From an uncultured Methanosarcinaceae archaeon (lineage in GTDB: Archaea > Halobacteriota > Methanosarcinia > Methanosarcinales > Methanosarcinaceae), in the NCBI GenBank assembly GCA_963847185.1, contig CAWJYV010000004.1, positions 160,001 through 224,000 of the forward strand: 64,000 bases of DNA. The letters are read 5' to 3'. Positions 53,390 to 64,000 of this stretch are shown piece after piece. The position numbers and the translations under genes were made by a program. The stretch's first letter is position 1. Each line of letters opens with the position of its first letter. The notes beneath the pieces were generated by a model, which saw only the letters and a list, made by a program, of their open reading frames with translations, was not told the origin of the DNA and did not search any database.

Positions 53390-54574
53390 TTATTTTCCCA
53401 TTACTTTCCTGTACATCCTTGCCTGGAATCCGTGATACTTCGCAAATCCTTCTGCATCCTTCTGGTCAATGGTCTGGCTGTCAAATGAAACCAGGTCTTC
53501 GGAATACAGGGCATTTGGAGAGCTGCGGGCAAGGATCGTGAGTGCGCCTTTGTAGAGCTTCACTTTCACTGTGCCTGTGACCCTTTCCTGGGACTTGTCG
53601 ATAAAGGCGTTGAGGTCGGCAAAGAGGGGATCGTCTACAAGGCCGGAGTAGGCCATTTCGGACCACTGCTCTTCAACGATTTTCTTGAATTTGAGTTCTC
53701 CGCGGGTCAGGACGAGTTTTTCGAGGTCTGCGTGGGCGGCAAGGAGGACGGTTGCAGCCGGGTGCTCGTAGTTCTCGCGGGCTTTAAGGCCAAGGACGCG
53801 GTCTTCGATCATGTCTGTCCTGCCGACTCCGTTCTCGCCTGCAATTGTATTCATTTTCTTGATCAGGGTGTAGCCGCTGAGTTTCTCGCCGTCAAGGGCA
53901 ACAGGGACTCCTGCTTCAAAGGCGATGTCAATAATCCTGGACTCGTTGGGGGCGTTTTCAGGGGATTTTGTCCACTCGTAGATCTCTTCCGGCGGGACAA
54001 AGGAGGGGTCTTCAAGCCTGCCGCCTTCGATACTGCGGCTCCAGATGTTTTCGTCAACGCTCCAGGGTTTGGATTTTGTGGCTTCGACCGGGATTCCGTG
54101 TTCTTTGGCATAGTTGATTTCCCATTCACGGGTCAGGTTCATATCCCGCATCGGGGCTACGACTTCCATGTCGGTCTGGCGGAAAACGGCTTCAAAACGG
54201 AGCTGGTCGTTGCCTTTTCCAGTGCAGCCGTGCGCAAGGGCAACTGCACCTTCTTTAATAGCGGCTTCAACCACTTTTTTTGCGATCAATGGGCGGGCGA
54301 CGGATGTGCCCATAACATAGCCTTCGTAATTGCCGTTGGCTTTGATCAGGGGGAAGATGTAGTCTCTTACGAATTCTTCCTTTGCATCGATCGTGTAGTG
54401 TTTGTTGCTAATCTTCTGGGCTTTGACATCAGCTTTCCTGATTTCTTCTTCAGGCTGGCCTACATCGACCGAGATTGTGATAACTTCGTCGTATCCGTAC
54501 TTTTCCTTGAGGATGGGAATGCACACTGATGTGTCAAGCCCTCCGGAATATGCAAGTGCAACTTTCTTTGCCAT
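53390..54574 (-). CDS. argG: argininosuccinate synthase
   Basis: [29 protein letters not shown]. Confidence 0.98.
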   Translation of the reverse strand: MAKKVALAYSGGLDTSVCIPILKEKYGYDEVITISVDVGQPEEEIRKADVKAQKISNKHYTIDAKEEFVRDYIFPLIKANGNYEGYVMGTSVARPLIAKKVVEAAIKEGAVALAHGCTGKGNDQLRFEAVFRQTDMEVVAPMRDMNLTREWEINYAKEHGIPVEATKSKPWSVDENIWSRSIEGGRLEDPSFVPPEEIYEWTKSPENAPNESRIIDIAFEAGVPVALDGEKLSGYTLIKKMNTIAGENGVGRTDMIEDRVLGLKARENYEHPAATVLLAAHADLEKLVLTRGELKFKKIVEEQWSEMAYSGLVDDPLFADLNAFIDKSQERVTGTVKVKLYKGALTILARSSPNALYSEDLVSFDSQTIDQKDAEGFAKYHGFQARMYRKVMGK

Positions 54575-54588
54575 GTTTCTATTACCCC

Positions 54589-54642
54589 TTGTAACTTATG
54601 AATTGTAACTTATGAATTGTAACTTATGAATTGTAACTTATG
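54589..54642. repeat. 14-bp tandem repeat (TTGTAACTTATGAA, about 3.9 copies) upstream of argG
   Basis: Direct reading. Confidence 0.92.
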
Positions 54643-54940
54643 GATTAAAACAAATGAGAGTTATGAATAGAATAATTTCTGAATAAAATAATTTGTGAAT
54701 GGAATAGACTATGAATTAAGTAAGTTTCTGAATTTTAAATAAATCCATGAATTGAATAAATCCATGAGTTGAGTAAATTGAGTAAGTCAATGAATAGAAT
54801 TCATAGATAAAATAAATGACAGTAAAATTTGAAATAAATATCTGAGGATGGCAAAAAAGCCATCCTTTCCGGTTCAGAATTTCTGCATGAACTGCGGTTT
54901 AAGATTCGATTCAGGCCTTACTCGTCAGTGCCTGTTTTCA

Positions 54941-57900
54941 TTACTCACTCTTGTTTTCCTGTTCCATCTCTCTGTGATATTCATTGATGGATTTGATGGT
55001 CAGGTCCTTTCCTTTCTTCATGGTTTCAATCGCGTCGGCTGCTGCAACTGCTGCCTGGATTGTTGTGATATACGGGACTTTGAAGTCCACGGCTGCCCGC
55101 CTGATCTTGGAGCCATCCCTGCGGGATTGTTTGCTTGTTGGGGTGTTGATTATAAGGTCAACTTCGTCCCTGCGCATCATATCTATGACATTCGGGCTTC
55201 CGTCGCGGACTTTCTTAACCGTATCCATGAAAACGCCGTGCTGTGCAAGGTAGTTCACAGTGCCTCTTGTACCCATTAGTTGAAGGCCTGCTGCCTGGAG
55301 TTTCCTGGCTGCTTCCACAAGCTCGGGTTTGTCAGCGTTTCTGATTGAGAGGAAAACCTTTCCTGTAAGGGGCAGGAGATTGTCGGCTGCAAGTTCTGCC
55401 TTATAGTATGCCCTTCCGAAATCATAGTCAATTCCCATAACTTCGCCTGTGCTCTTCATTTCAGGGCCAAGGATGGGGTCTGCACCCGGAAGTTTGTCAA
55501 AGGGCAGGAGAACTTCTTTTATAGAAACGTGTTTGGGCTTTGGTTCTTCAGTATAGCCCAGGCTCTCCAAACTGTGCCCTGCAATGACTTTGGCCGCAAT
55601 CTTTGCAAGAGGGATTCCGACAGCTTTTGAGACAAAGGGAATTGTCCTGCTTGAGCGCGGATTTGCTTCAAGCACAAAGACCTTTCCTTCTTTTTCTGCC
55701 ATCTGTAGGTTAATCAGACCCTTGACTCTGAGGGCAAGAGCAACTTTACGGGTATATTCCCTGACCTGGGCAAGTACTTCAGCTGAGAGGGACTGAGGCG
55801 GGATTACGCAGGCTGAGTCTCCTGAGTGTACGCCTGCTTCTTCTATGTGCTCCATAATTGCCCCGATCAGCACATCTTTCTGGTCGCAGACTGCGTCCAC
55901 ATCAATTTCACAGGCGTCTTCCAGGAAGTCGTCAATAAGAATCGGGTGTTCCGGAGAAACCCTGACAGCTTCCTTCATGTAGCGTTCAAGGTCGATTTCA
56001 TCATAGACGATTTCCATTGCCCTGCCGCCTAACACGTAAGAGGGGCGCACAAGTACAGGGAAACCGATTCTCTTTGCAACTTCGATTGCTTCCTGCTGGG
56101 AAGTTGCATACCCGCCTTCAGGCTGCGGAACACCAATTTTTTGCATCAGGGTATAGAACTTCTCCCTGTCTTCGGCAAGGTCCATGTCCTCAGGGTCAGT
56201 GCCCATGATTACAGTATCAAGGTCTGTCCTGCGCTTTAATTCCCGTTTCAGAGGGAGCGCAAGGTTTACCGAAGTCTGTCCTCCGAACTGCACAAGAACT
56301 CCATCAGGCCTCTCCCTCTCGATAACGTTCATTACATATTCCAGGGTAAGGGGCTCAAAAAAAAGCTTGTCAGAGGTATCGAAGTCAGTTGATACGGTTT
56401 CAGGGTTGTTGTTAATAATATGGGTTTCAATGCCTTCTTCCCTGAGTGCGGTAACTGCGTGCACGGTACAGTAGTCGAATTCGATTCCCTGCCCTATTCT
56501 GATCGGCCCTGCGCCAAGGATGAGGATCTTCTTCTTGTCTGCAGGGTTTGTTTCGCAGGTATCTTCGTAAGTGGAGTAATAATAAGGAGTAGCTGCCTGG
56601 AACTCGGCTGCACAGGTGTCTACCATCTTGAAGGTAGCGAGAATTCCTGCCTCATGCCTGAGGTCGCTTATCTCTTCTCTGGTCTTTCCAGTCAATTCTG
56701 CGAGCCGGCTGTCAGGAATGCCCATTTTCTTTGCTTGGCGCAGAAGCTCTGTGTTTAACTCTTCTGTCCTTATGCGCTTTTCCATGTCCACGATCTTTTT
56801 CATTTTTGAAATGAAGAAAGGATTAATACTTGAAAGTTCGGCAATTTCTTTTACCGACATACCTTTTTCAAGCGCATGGTAAATGACAAAGAGGCGTTCG
56901 CTTGTGGGAGTCTTTAAAAGAGTTTTGATTTCCGGTTCATCCCAGTGTTTTATCCCCAGCTGGGAGTCGATATCAAGGGACTTGAAAGCTTTCAACATGG
57001 ACTCTTCAATTGTCCTGCCTATTGCCATGACTTCTCCCGTACTCTTCATGGCTGTGGTCAGGGTCTTGTCTGCAGTAACGAATTTGTCAAAAGGCCACCT
57101 TGGGATTTTGGTAATCACGTAATCCAGAGCAGGTTCAAAAGAAGCAGGGGTGCTCATGGTAACGTTATTTATGATCTCATCAAGGCTCATTCCGATTGCA
57201 ATCTTTGCGGTCACACGGGCAATAGGGTATCCTGTAGCTTTGGACGCGAGGGCTGATGACCTGGAAACCCTGGGATTTACTTCGACAATGCGGTAATCGC
57301 CTTCCTTTAAAGCGTACTGAATATTGCACCCACCTTCGATCTTGAGGGCACGGATGATTTTAATCGAGGCACTCCTGAGCATCTGGTGCTCTGCATCGGT
57401 CAGAGTCTGGGAAGGGGCAACGACTGCTGATTCACCTGTATGTACGCCCATGGGATCAATATTTTCCATGTTACAGATAACAATACAGGTATCGTTTGCA
57501 TCCCTCATTACCTCGTACTCAACCTCTGCCCATCCAAGTACGCTTTCTTCTATAAGTACCTGGGATATGCGGCTGCGCCTGAGCCCGCGTTCCGTGATTT
57601 CAAGAAGCTCTTCCTTTGTGCGGGCAATTCCGCCGCCAGCCCCACCAAGAGTATAGGCTGGACGGATGATTAAGGGAAGGCCGAGTTCTTCAACAACCTC
57701 TTCGGCTTCTTTTAAGGTATGGACTGCCCTGCTTAGAGGCACTTTTTCCCCTATCCTGAGCATTGTCTCTTTGAAGAGTTCCCGGTCTTCCGTATTTTTA
57801 ATGGCTTCAACAGGAGTTCCAAGGATCTGGACTCCGTATTTTTCAAATACACCCATTTCTGCAAGTTCACTGGTAATATTCAGGCCTGTCTGCCCTCCAA

Positions 57901-58168
57901 TACCTGCAATAATCCCGTCAGGGCGTTCTTTTTCTATGATCCTCTCTATAATTTTGGCATCAAGGGGTTCGATATAGACCGAGTCAGCCATTTCCGGATC
58001 TGTCATAATGGTTGCAGGGTTTGAGTTTACGAGTACAACCTGCAAGCCTTCTTCTTTTAAGGACCTGCACGCCTGGCTGCCTGAGAAGTCGAATTCCGCA
58101 GCCTGTCCGATAGTGATCGGTCCTGAACCTATAAGCAAAACTTTCTTTATGTCCTCGCGTTTGGGCAT
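54941..58168 (-). CDS. carB: carbamoyl-phosphate synthase large subunit
   Basis: GSGPITIGQAAEFDFSG, NPATIMTD, duplicated ATP-grasp domains, MGS domain. Confidence 0.98.
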   Translation of the reverse strand: MPKREDIKKVLLIGSGPITIGQAAEFDFSGSQACRSLKEEGLQVVLVNSNPATIMTDPEMADSVYIEPLDAKIIERIIEKERPDGIIAGIGGQTGLNITSELAEMGVFEKYGVQILGTPVEAIKNTEDRELFKETMLRIGEKVPLSRAVHTLKEAEEVVEELGLPLIIRPAYTLGGAGGGIARTKEELLEITERGLRRSRISQVLIEESVLGWAEVEYEVMRDANDTCIVICNMENIDPMGVHTGESAVVAPSQTLTDAEHQMLRSASIKIIRALKIEGGCNIQYALKEGDYRIVEVNPRVSRSSALASKATGYPIARVTAKIAIGMSLDEIINNVTMSTPASFEPALDYVITKIPRWPFDKFVTADKTLTTAMKSTGEVMAIGRTIEESMLKAFKSLDIDSQLGIKHWDEPEIKTLLKTPTSERLFVIYHALEKGMSVKEIAELSSINPFFISKMKKIVDMEKRIRTEELNTELLRQAKKMGIPDSRLAELTGKTREEISDLRHEAGILATFKMVDTCAAEFQAATPYYYSTYEDTCETNPADKKKILILGAGPIRIGQGIEFDYCTVHAVTALREEGIETHIINNNPETVSTDFDTSDKLFFEPLTLEYVMNVIERERPDGVLVQFGGQTSVNLALPLKRELKRRTDLDTVIMGTDPEDMDLAEDREKFYTLMQKIGVPQPEGGYATSQQEAIEVAKRIGFPVLVRPSYVLGGRAMEIVYDEIDLERYMKEAVRVSPEHPILIDDFLEDACEIDVDAVCDQKDVLIGAIMEHIEEAGVHSGDSACVIPPQSLSAEVLAQVREYTRKVALALRVKGLINLQMAEKEGKVFVLEANPRSSRTIPFVSKAVGIPLAKIAAKVIAGHSLESLGYTEEPKPKHVSIKEVLLPFDKLPGADPILGPEMKSTGEVMGIDYDFGRAYYKAELAADNLLPLTGKVFLSIRNADKPELVEAARKLQAAGLQLMGTRGTVNYLAQHGVFMDTVKKVRDGSPNVIDMMRRDEVDLIINTPTSKQSRRDGSKIRRAAVDFKVPYITTIQAAVAAADAIETMKKGKDLTIKSINEYHREMEQENKSE

Positions 58169-59274
58169 TAAATTCCACCCCCAAGGACCTTTACAACCTT
58201 GCCGAAGAACGTTTCCTCGGTATCCATTGGCCCTGCCTGAGCTTCAGGGTGGAACTGCACACTGAAAACATCAAGGTCTTTGTGGGAAACTCCTTCTACG
58301 GTCTTGTCGTTTGCGTTCATGTATTTCACATAAAGTCCTGTCCCGTCGAGGGAGTCCGCATCAACGGCATACCCATGGTTCTGGGAGGTTATGAAAACCT
58401 TGTTTTCGATAAGGTCCTTTACGGGCTGGTTTCCTCCCCTGTGCCCGAATTTCAGTTTGTAAGTCCTTGCTCCCATAGCAAGGGAGATGATCTGATGCCC
58501 GAAGCAGATTCCGCAGACAGGAATCGTACCTGCAAAGGCCTTTACGGCATTTATTGCATCCCTTGCTTTTTCCGGGTCTCCGGGCCCGTTTGAGATGAAA
58601 AGGAGGTCTGGGTCATAACCTGCAATTTCTGAGGGTTTTGTAGTTGCAGGGACCAGGGTAAGATCAATTCCTCTCTTATGCAGGTTGTTTATAATATTCC
58701 TCTTTATCCCGAGGTCAACCACAACCGCATGTTTTGGTTTCCCGCTGCCTTTCCAGGCACCTTCAACTCCAGGGATAAAACGGGGTTCCTTGCAGGTTAC
58801 ACTGGCAATAAGTTCTTCGTCCGTAATCTGTGGGAAATTCCTTGCCATCTCGACAGCTTCTTCCCCGTCGTCGCTGCCTGTGATCAGAGCTGCACGCATG
58901 GTACCGCGCTCCCTTGTCTTTATAGTGAGCATACGGCTGTCCACGCCTTCTATTCCTGGCTTTCCTTCATCTTCTAAAAATTTGTGAATGGAACGGGTTG
59001 ATTTATAGTGATAGGGATTTTTGCAAGCTTCCCTTACAACAAGTCCCTCTGCATGAATATTATCGGACTGGACGCGCTCCCCGCTGACACCATAATTTCC
59101 GATAAGAGGGTAAGTAAACATCAATATTTGACCCTTGTAGGAGGGGTCTGTCAGAGCCTCCTCATATCCCGTGAATTGAGTGGTAAAAACAAGTTCGCCG
59201 CAAGCTGTGCCTTCGGCACCAAAACCGGTGCCCTTAATAACTGTTCCGTCTTCTAAGCCTATTACTGCTTTCAT
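58168..59274 (-). CDS. carA: carbamoyl-phosphate synthase small subunit
   Basis: LTDPSYKGQI, SNGPGDP, GICFGHQ, QFHPEA; likely start MKAVIG. Confidence 0.97.
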   Translation of the reverse strand: MKAVIGLEDGTVIKGTGFGAEGTACGELVFTTQFTGYEEALTDPSYKGQILMFTYPLIGNYGVSGERVQSDNIHAEGLVVREACKNPYHYKSTRSIHKFLEDEGKPGIEGVDSRMLTIKTRERGTMRAALITGSDDGEEAVEMARNFPQITDEELIASVTCKEPRFIPGVEGAWKGSGKPKHAVVVDLGIKRNIINNLHKRGIDLTLVPATTKPSEIAGYDPDLLFISNGPGDPEKARDAINAVKAFAGTIPVCGICFGHQIISLAMGARTYKLKFGHRGGNQPVKDLIENKVFITSQNHGYAVDADSLDGTGLYVKYMNANDKTVEGVSHKDLDVFSVQFHPEAQAGPMDTEETFFGKVVKVLGGGI

Positions 59275-60130
59275 CATCTGAACCTGCGAGTAAATGTCAT
59301 AAGACATGTATAAGTGTTACGATGACTTTCCTGATTCCCTGAATCGCTGGCATTCATTGAGTTCTTTTATATATAAATCAACCAATTAAATTAACTAGCT
59401 TCTTAATCACCTTTTTTCCCTTTCAAATCCTTTTTTCTTAGATTTAAATTCTTATAAAATTTAGTCTGAAATAAAAACATCTTGTCTTCATGTTAGAAAT
59501 AAAATTTCAGTCTCATTGCCGCAACTGAGAAGATCAACTGCGCGACTACTGCCGGGATAATTGGAAGTATTTGAAAGCCTTACAGTATTGTGCGTAACTG
59601 ACTGTATCAATGCCTCCATTGTTAACACTGGCATATCAATTGGCAATATGGCAGTATTAAATTAGCAGTATTTATACTGGTGCAGATGCTGTCACGGTCA
59701 TCTGGTTGGGCAGGAAAAATTTGGCACGCTAGTTTTCAGGTAAGCATGAAAACCTGCCCTCAATTTAGTAAGATACGTAAGTTCAGAGGGGCAATACCGG
59801 AAAACGTTTACCTTTATGCTTTATTTATATGATTTACGTTCATATTTAATTTATATGAAACTTGGGATATATTAAAGAGAGGTTTTTCCTGGAAATGAGT
59901 GAAATGAGTGAATGTTTGACCTTCTAAAAGATCTACTACTTTATCGATCTCAAAGTATCTCATAGATTAAATTTTAATTAAAATTAAGGAGGGCAAGTTT
60001 TAGATCACTTATTAAAATCACTAAAAACCGAAAAACGTTGAATAACGAATGAATGTCTTATATGTGAAATATGTGAATTAGATGGAATATGAAGAAATAA
60101 TGAGTTTAATTAGAAGATCCAATCTTTTGA

Positions 60131-60457
60131 TCATTCAAATACAGGTATTTTATTTAAGGCTTCATCAATAAAGCATGAAACTTCTATCGGTTTGATTCCA
60201 TTCTTTATTAATTCTTTTTGTGGCCTGCTTCCAATTCTGGCGCAGAGCAAAGCTTTACAGTCAGAAATCAAATAAATTGTTCTGCTCAAGATCTCATCAG
60301 AATTCCCATGTTCAGATGAACCACATAAAGGTGTAGTCTCTCTGACTTCAATGAATTGTACTTTACCGCAATCGACCTCAAATATAAAAAAGCGAGATGC
60401 CTTTCCAAAATGCTGATTGACAACTTTTCCATCACTTGAAATAACAGCAACTTTCAT
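60131..60457 (-). CDS. NifB/NifX family FeMo-cofactor-binding domain protein
   Basis: KVAV.S.DG..VNQHFGKA..F.IFE, DC.ALLCARIG. Confidence 0.88.
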   Translation of the reverse strand: MKVAVISSDGKVVNQHFGKASRFFIFEVDCGKVQFIEVRETTPLCGSSEHGNSDEILSRTIYLISDCKALLCARIGSRPQKELIKNGIKPIEVSCFIDEALNKIPVFE

Positions 60458-60681
60458 TTATTCATCTCATTTTTGTTTTATTGACGTTATTATTCTATTT
60501 GATAATTTATATAACGTTTAAATAAAAATCTACTTTTTATTTATGTTTTACCCGCCAAATTCGAACATAGCTGAGAATATATAAAATCTCTTTATAATTA
60601 TGTATTGTAGTTGATAAAAATCAGACAGAAGATACTGACTGAAGAAAGCAGAAAAAATCCTCGCATAATTGATATACCATC

Positions 60682-61167
60682 GTGACAATCTCTAAGGATA
60701 TGAATAGCAGCAAATCCGAAAACTCAATTTCATCTTCTCATGTTACAGGCAGTGAAGCTATTGAAAATCGCAAAAAAGCACTGGCAGGACAGAGAACTCC
60801 TACTTACGAATCAGCCACCTTTTCAAGACCTGCTGTCGACCAGTTAAACGGTATTCTGCCTGACTTTAACAGGAGGCTCTCTCCGGAAAAGGACCTCGGA
60901 CTTTCTCCTCTGGGACATTCCCGCCTTAGTCCCGAGACCTTTCCGAGACTTTTTTCTAGCTCCTTTATCGGGCTTTCAACTTCTGAGTTTCCGGAAACCC
61001 TGCCCAGAGATTTTGAAGAGCCTGTCGCAAAAGGATTTGATGCAAAGCCCGATCTCGCAGGAAGGACACTCAAAGGAGCAGAAGTCTGCTCTAAACGTTT
61101 AAGTTCAGACCTCCCGATTGCTCCCCTAGGAAGCAGGCTTGCAACTCTCAGGCAGAAAAAGGAATGA
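60682..61167 (+). CDS. low-complexity hypothetical protein
   Basis: 161-aa Ser/Pro-rich ORF with internal ET(F/L)PR repeats. Confidence 0.45.
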   Translation: MTISKDMNSSKSENSISSSHVTGSEAIENRKKALAGQRTPTYESATFSRPAVDQLNGILPDFNRRLSPEKDLGLSPLGHSRLSPETFPRLFSSSFIGLSTSEFPETLPRDFEEPVAKGFDAKPDLAGRTLKGAEVCSKRLSSDLPIAPLGSRLATLRQKKE

Positions 61168-61971
61168 AGGGAACCAGAAACTAAGGAATCCGGAAAACTA
61201 AGGAATCCGGAAATGGCAGAGGATGCCGACAAGGAAGAAAACAAACTCATAAAACTTTACTCCGAAATTATAAAGTTTTGATCCTATCTTATAAAACCTT
61301 AATCAGCTTAGTCTGATTTTCTTTTTTTGAACCAGATTAATTTCTTTAAAAGGGTTCATTTTCGGAAAAACTGCTGCATTTGAGCTGTTTCAATTAAATC
61401 ACTGCAATGAAACTTTTTGCTTGCGTGAAAAAATACTATATAATATATTACCTGAAAGATACCATTATCCCTAAGAGGCTTAAGGCGATTGACAGCGTAG
61501 TTATGAACATAATCAAAGCTGAACTTTCATATTCAGTCTGGCCTGTGTTTTTTTGATCCATAATATCAAATATGCACTAACTGTTTAAAAAACCTTTCTA
61601 TTTTTTGAGTAGTCTGAACATAAATATAAGTTATAGATCAAGATCATAAGGCTGCTTATATTTTAAAAAAATGAAATTATGAGGGCGTTAGTATATACAA
61701 AATATAATTATGTAGGAAAAGTTAGAATTTGCCTTTCAAGTAAACTTGCTGATATTTCACTTTGATCTGGATTTTGACCAAAGATAGCTCTTTTTAACGT
61801 TTTTTCCATATTTTTTCGAAAGATATTCAGCATAGATTTTTAAATCATCTGTTACAAAAAGAGATTTTGAATCTGAAAGATGTTTATCTGTAACTTCTAT
61901 CAATTCATCTGCTATATAATATCTGAACAAAAAGGTGAATGTGCCCATTCTGCCAGATTTATCTTTGTCTT

Positions 61972-62229
61972 TTATGGTCTTTCTTTTTTAGATATCTTAT
62001 TTAAGGCTATCACAAATGTTAAGAAAAATATTAGAGCAACCAATATTATATTTACAGGGCTGCTTAAGTCTGAATAGTTGTTTACAAAAGCACCAGTAAG
62101 AGCATAGGTGGTACCATAAGTGTCATCCGGGTGCAGTCCATAGTAAGCTGCCTCTAGAAGTAATGCCATAAAGGATATTAAACTGGCAATCAGAAAACTG
62201 CGTAGTATAGTGTCAAACCTCATTCTCAA
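61972..62229 (-). CDS. small two-TM membrane protein
   Basis: Two hydrophobic segments. Confidence 0.55.
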   Translation of the reverse strand: MRMRFDTILRSFLIASLISFMALLLEAAYYGLHPDDTYGTTYALTGAFVNNYSDLSSPVNIILVALIFFLTFVIALNKISKKERP

Positions 62230-62360
62230 TCAGCTTTATAACTGCATCCTGAAATATAAATAAGTTTTTTTCAGTAAAAGTTTAAGCTAAGATTTTCAGA
62301 TAAAATCCAGAATAACAGAAAACTCTAAAAGCTGTTTCTATAAAGGTAAATTGATCCTAC

Positions 62361-63068
62361 ATGAAAATTCACGTCCTCCAGCACTCCTCTATAAACACCC
62401 TCGGCACCATTGAAGAATACGCTAAAACTAAAAACCACTCTCTTGAGTCAACCCGCTTTTTCGAAACAAAAAGCATTCCAGCGATTGATTCCTTTGACCT
62501 TCTTGTAATCATGGGTGGCCCTATAGGAGTTTATGACTACAAAGAAAATCCCTGGCTGAGAGGCGAAAAAGAGTTTATCAAAAAGGCGATAGAGGCAGAA
62601 AAACCAGTTTTTGGAATATGCCTTGGTGCTCAATTGCTTGCCGACGCTCTGGGTGCCCGCGTTTATGATAATAAATACATGGAAATGGGCTGGTTCCCTA
62701 TAAGAACAGCAATACAGGAGAGTAAACCGGATTTTCTTAAAGGGCTGCCGGAAGAGATCACGGTTTTTCACTGGCATTCCCGCACTTTTGACCTTCCGGA
62801 AGGCTCTGTTAGCCTTTTTGAGAGCAGCGGGTGCAAAAATCAGGGTTTCATTTATGATGGCAGGATTGTGGCGCTACAGTTTCATCCGGAAGTAAATGAA
62901 GAAAGAATTGAATCCCTGATAAAACGGTTTGGAGACAGAATGGCGGATGGGCCATTTGTCCAGAAGAAAAAGGAGATGCTGGGGCAAAAAGAATATTTGG
63001 CCAAAACAAAGGAATTTATGTTTTCTATTCTGGATAAATTCGAGAAAATCACTACTGATAGCCCATAA
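62361..63068 (+). CDS. type 1 glutamine amidotransferase (GMP synthase-like)
   Basis: MGGP, GICLGAQL, QFHPE catalytic triad. Confidence 0.92.
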   Translation: MKIHVLQHSSINTLGTIEEYAKTKNHSLESTRFFETKSIPAIDSFDLLVIMGGPIGVYDYKENPWLRGEKEFIKKAIEAEKPVFGICLGAQLLADALGARVYDNKYMEMGWFPIRTAIQESKPDFLKGLPEEITVFHWHSRTFDLPEGSVSLFESSGCKNQGFIYDGRIVALQFHPEVNEERIESLIKRFGDRMADGPFVQKKKEMLGQKEYLAKTKEFMFSILDKFEKITTDSP

Positions 63069-63226
63069 ACGAGCATGAAATTAGTCCTCCTGAGTGAAGA
63101 AAACACTATTTCTTTACCTCAGAGTGAAGAAAAACTATTTCTTTACCCTCAATTAGTCCTCTTGAGCGAGCGAAGCGAGGGAAAAGGACCGCGGGCTCCC
63201 GAAGCGCAATTCGGGTGTTAGAGAAA

Positions 63227-64000
63227 CTATTCGGCTTGTCCTGGGACAATATCAACAGGTAAGGTATGACTGTTCTTTTGTTCTTTCAAAAAAATCCCTT
63301 TCATTCCGCCTGAGATCAGGGATGCTATGTCTTTTAAGGCAAAGCTCTGTTTGAGTCCTTTTGGAAGAGCGATATATTTAGGGCTCCACTCGGGATTGAA
63401 TTTCTCTTTAAAGTCCCTGAGACCTTTATAGTTATAAAAATGGTCTCCGTGAGCGTAAATTAAAGATCCGATTTTGTGCCACATAGGGGCAAACTGTCTT
63501 TTTTCAAAACCTGATAGGGGAGCCATTCCAAGGGAAAAACTCCTGTAGCCTTTTTCTTTTCCCCAGAGCATGAGCTTGACAAAAAGGTATTCCATTGTCC
63601 TGTCAGGGGCATCTGGGCTGTGGCGCATCAGGTCAACGCTAAGTTCTTCTTTTTCTGCGCCTGTCCAGATGTTTGCAAAAGCAACGATCTCGGTTTCGTT
63701 CCGGACAATTGCTGCAGGGAAATTCCTCAGATATTTTTCATCAAAAAAACCTATAGAGAATTTCTTTTCTTTTCCGGCTTTAAGTTCCAGCCAGGCATCT
63801 GAGATCTTTTTAAGTTCGGGCAGGAGAGCAGGAACTTCTTCAGGAGGGATGATTTCAAAGTGGTACCCTTTTTTCTCAACATTCTTTATTGTGTAACGGA
63901 AATCTTTGCTGGCGCTTCCTTCAAGGGTGAAGGGCTCAAGAGGTACTTTGGCTTCTTCCCCTATTTTGATCAGGGTAAGGCCAAGGTCAAGGAAGATGGG
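63227..64000 (-). CDS. mprF: MprF-like aminoacyl-phosphatidylglycerol synthase, C-terminal DUF2156 domain (partial)
   Basis: KIGEEA, SDAWL, EKKFSIG, DLMRH, LGMAPLSG, FYNYKGLRDFKEKF.P.W. Confidence 0.88.
   Translation of the reverse strand, partial: PIFLDLGLTLIKIGEEAKVPLEPFTLEGSASKDFRYTIKNVEKKGYHFEIIPPEEVPALLPELKKISDAWLELKAGKEKKFSIGFFDEKYLRNFPAAIVRNETEIVAFANIWTGAEKEELSVDLMRHSPDAPDRTMEYLFVKLMLWGKEKGYRSFSLGMAPLSGFEKRQFAPMWHKIGSLIYAHGDHFYNYKGLRDFKEKFNPEWSPKYIALPKGLKQSFALKDIASLISGGMKGIFLKEQKNSHTLPVDIVPGQAE

Noticed and set aside
53353-59256. Numerous + strand ORFs overlapping argG, carB and carA
   Set aside because: Antisense shadow frames of well-conserved genes, with no motifs.
59489-59635. 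48-codon minus-strand ORF upstream of carA as a leader peptide
   Set aside because: No Arg enrichment or attenuator, and a separate TATA tract at about 59367 lies between it and carA.
1-64000. tRNA/rRNA genes
   Set aside because: No cloverleaf with T-loop consensus or rRNA-like segment recognised by eye; tRNAscan was not run.

Overview
AT-rich archaeal chromosome segment, most consistent with Methanosarcina. The assignment rests on MEDS/PAS HisKA_2 kinases, a PKD/beta-helix surface protein, aIF-1A, TrmB and the carA-carB-argG cluster. Left part (1-26 kb): AzlC, a CHAT-protease/STAND-NTPase, an RbgA-type GTPase, ECF and ABC-2 transporters, a surface protein, an MDR oxidoreductase, two sensor kinases, many MITE/IS remnants and a strongly structured candidate sRNA. 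Centre (about 26.1-47.1 kb), the most unusual part: about 20 full or partial same-orientation copies of a non-coding repeat with a hairpin core (CCTGC...AAATCT-variable loop-AGATTT...GCAGG). The copies separate one- or two-gene accessory cargo units (TA modules, Fic, methyltransferases, ADH, TrmB, UppS and others) and five copies of a CxxC-x17-CxxC zinc-ribbon micro-gene, each with a conserved promoter and structured 5' leader. This resembles a cassette array, but no recombinase gene is present in the window. An aIF-1A gene with an apparent CUG start also lies in the array. Right part: a decayed KAP-NTPase-HEAT fusion next to an intact HEAT paralog, then argG-carB-carA, NifX-like, GATase and a partial mprF. 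All calls come from reading the sequence; no searches were run.
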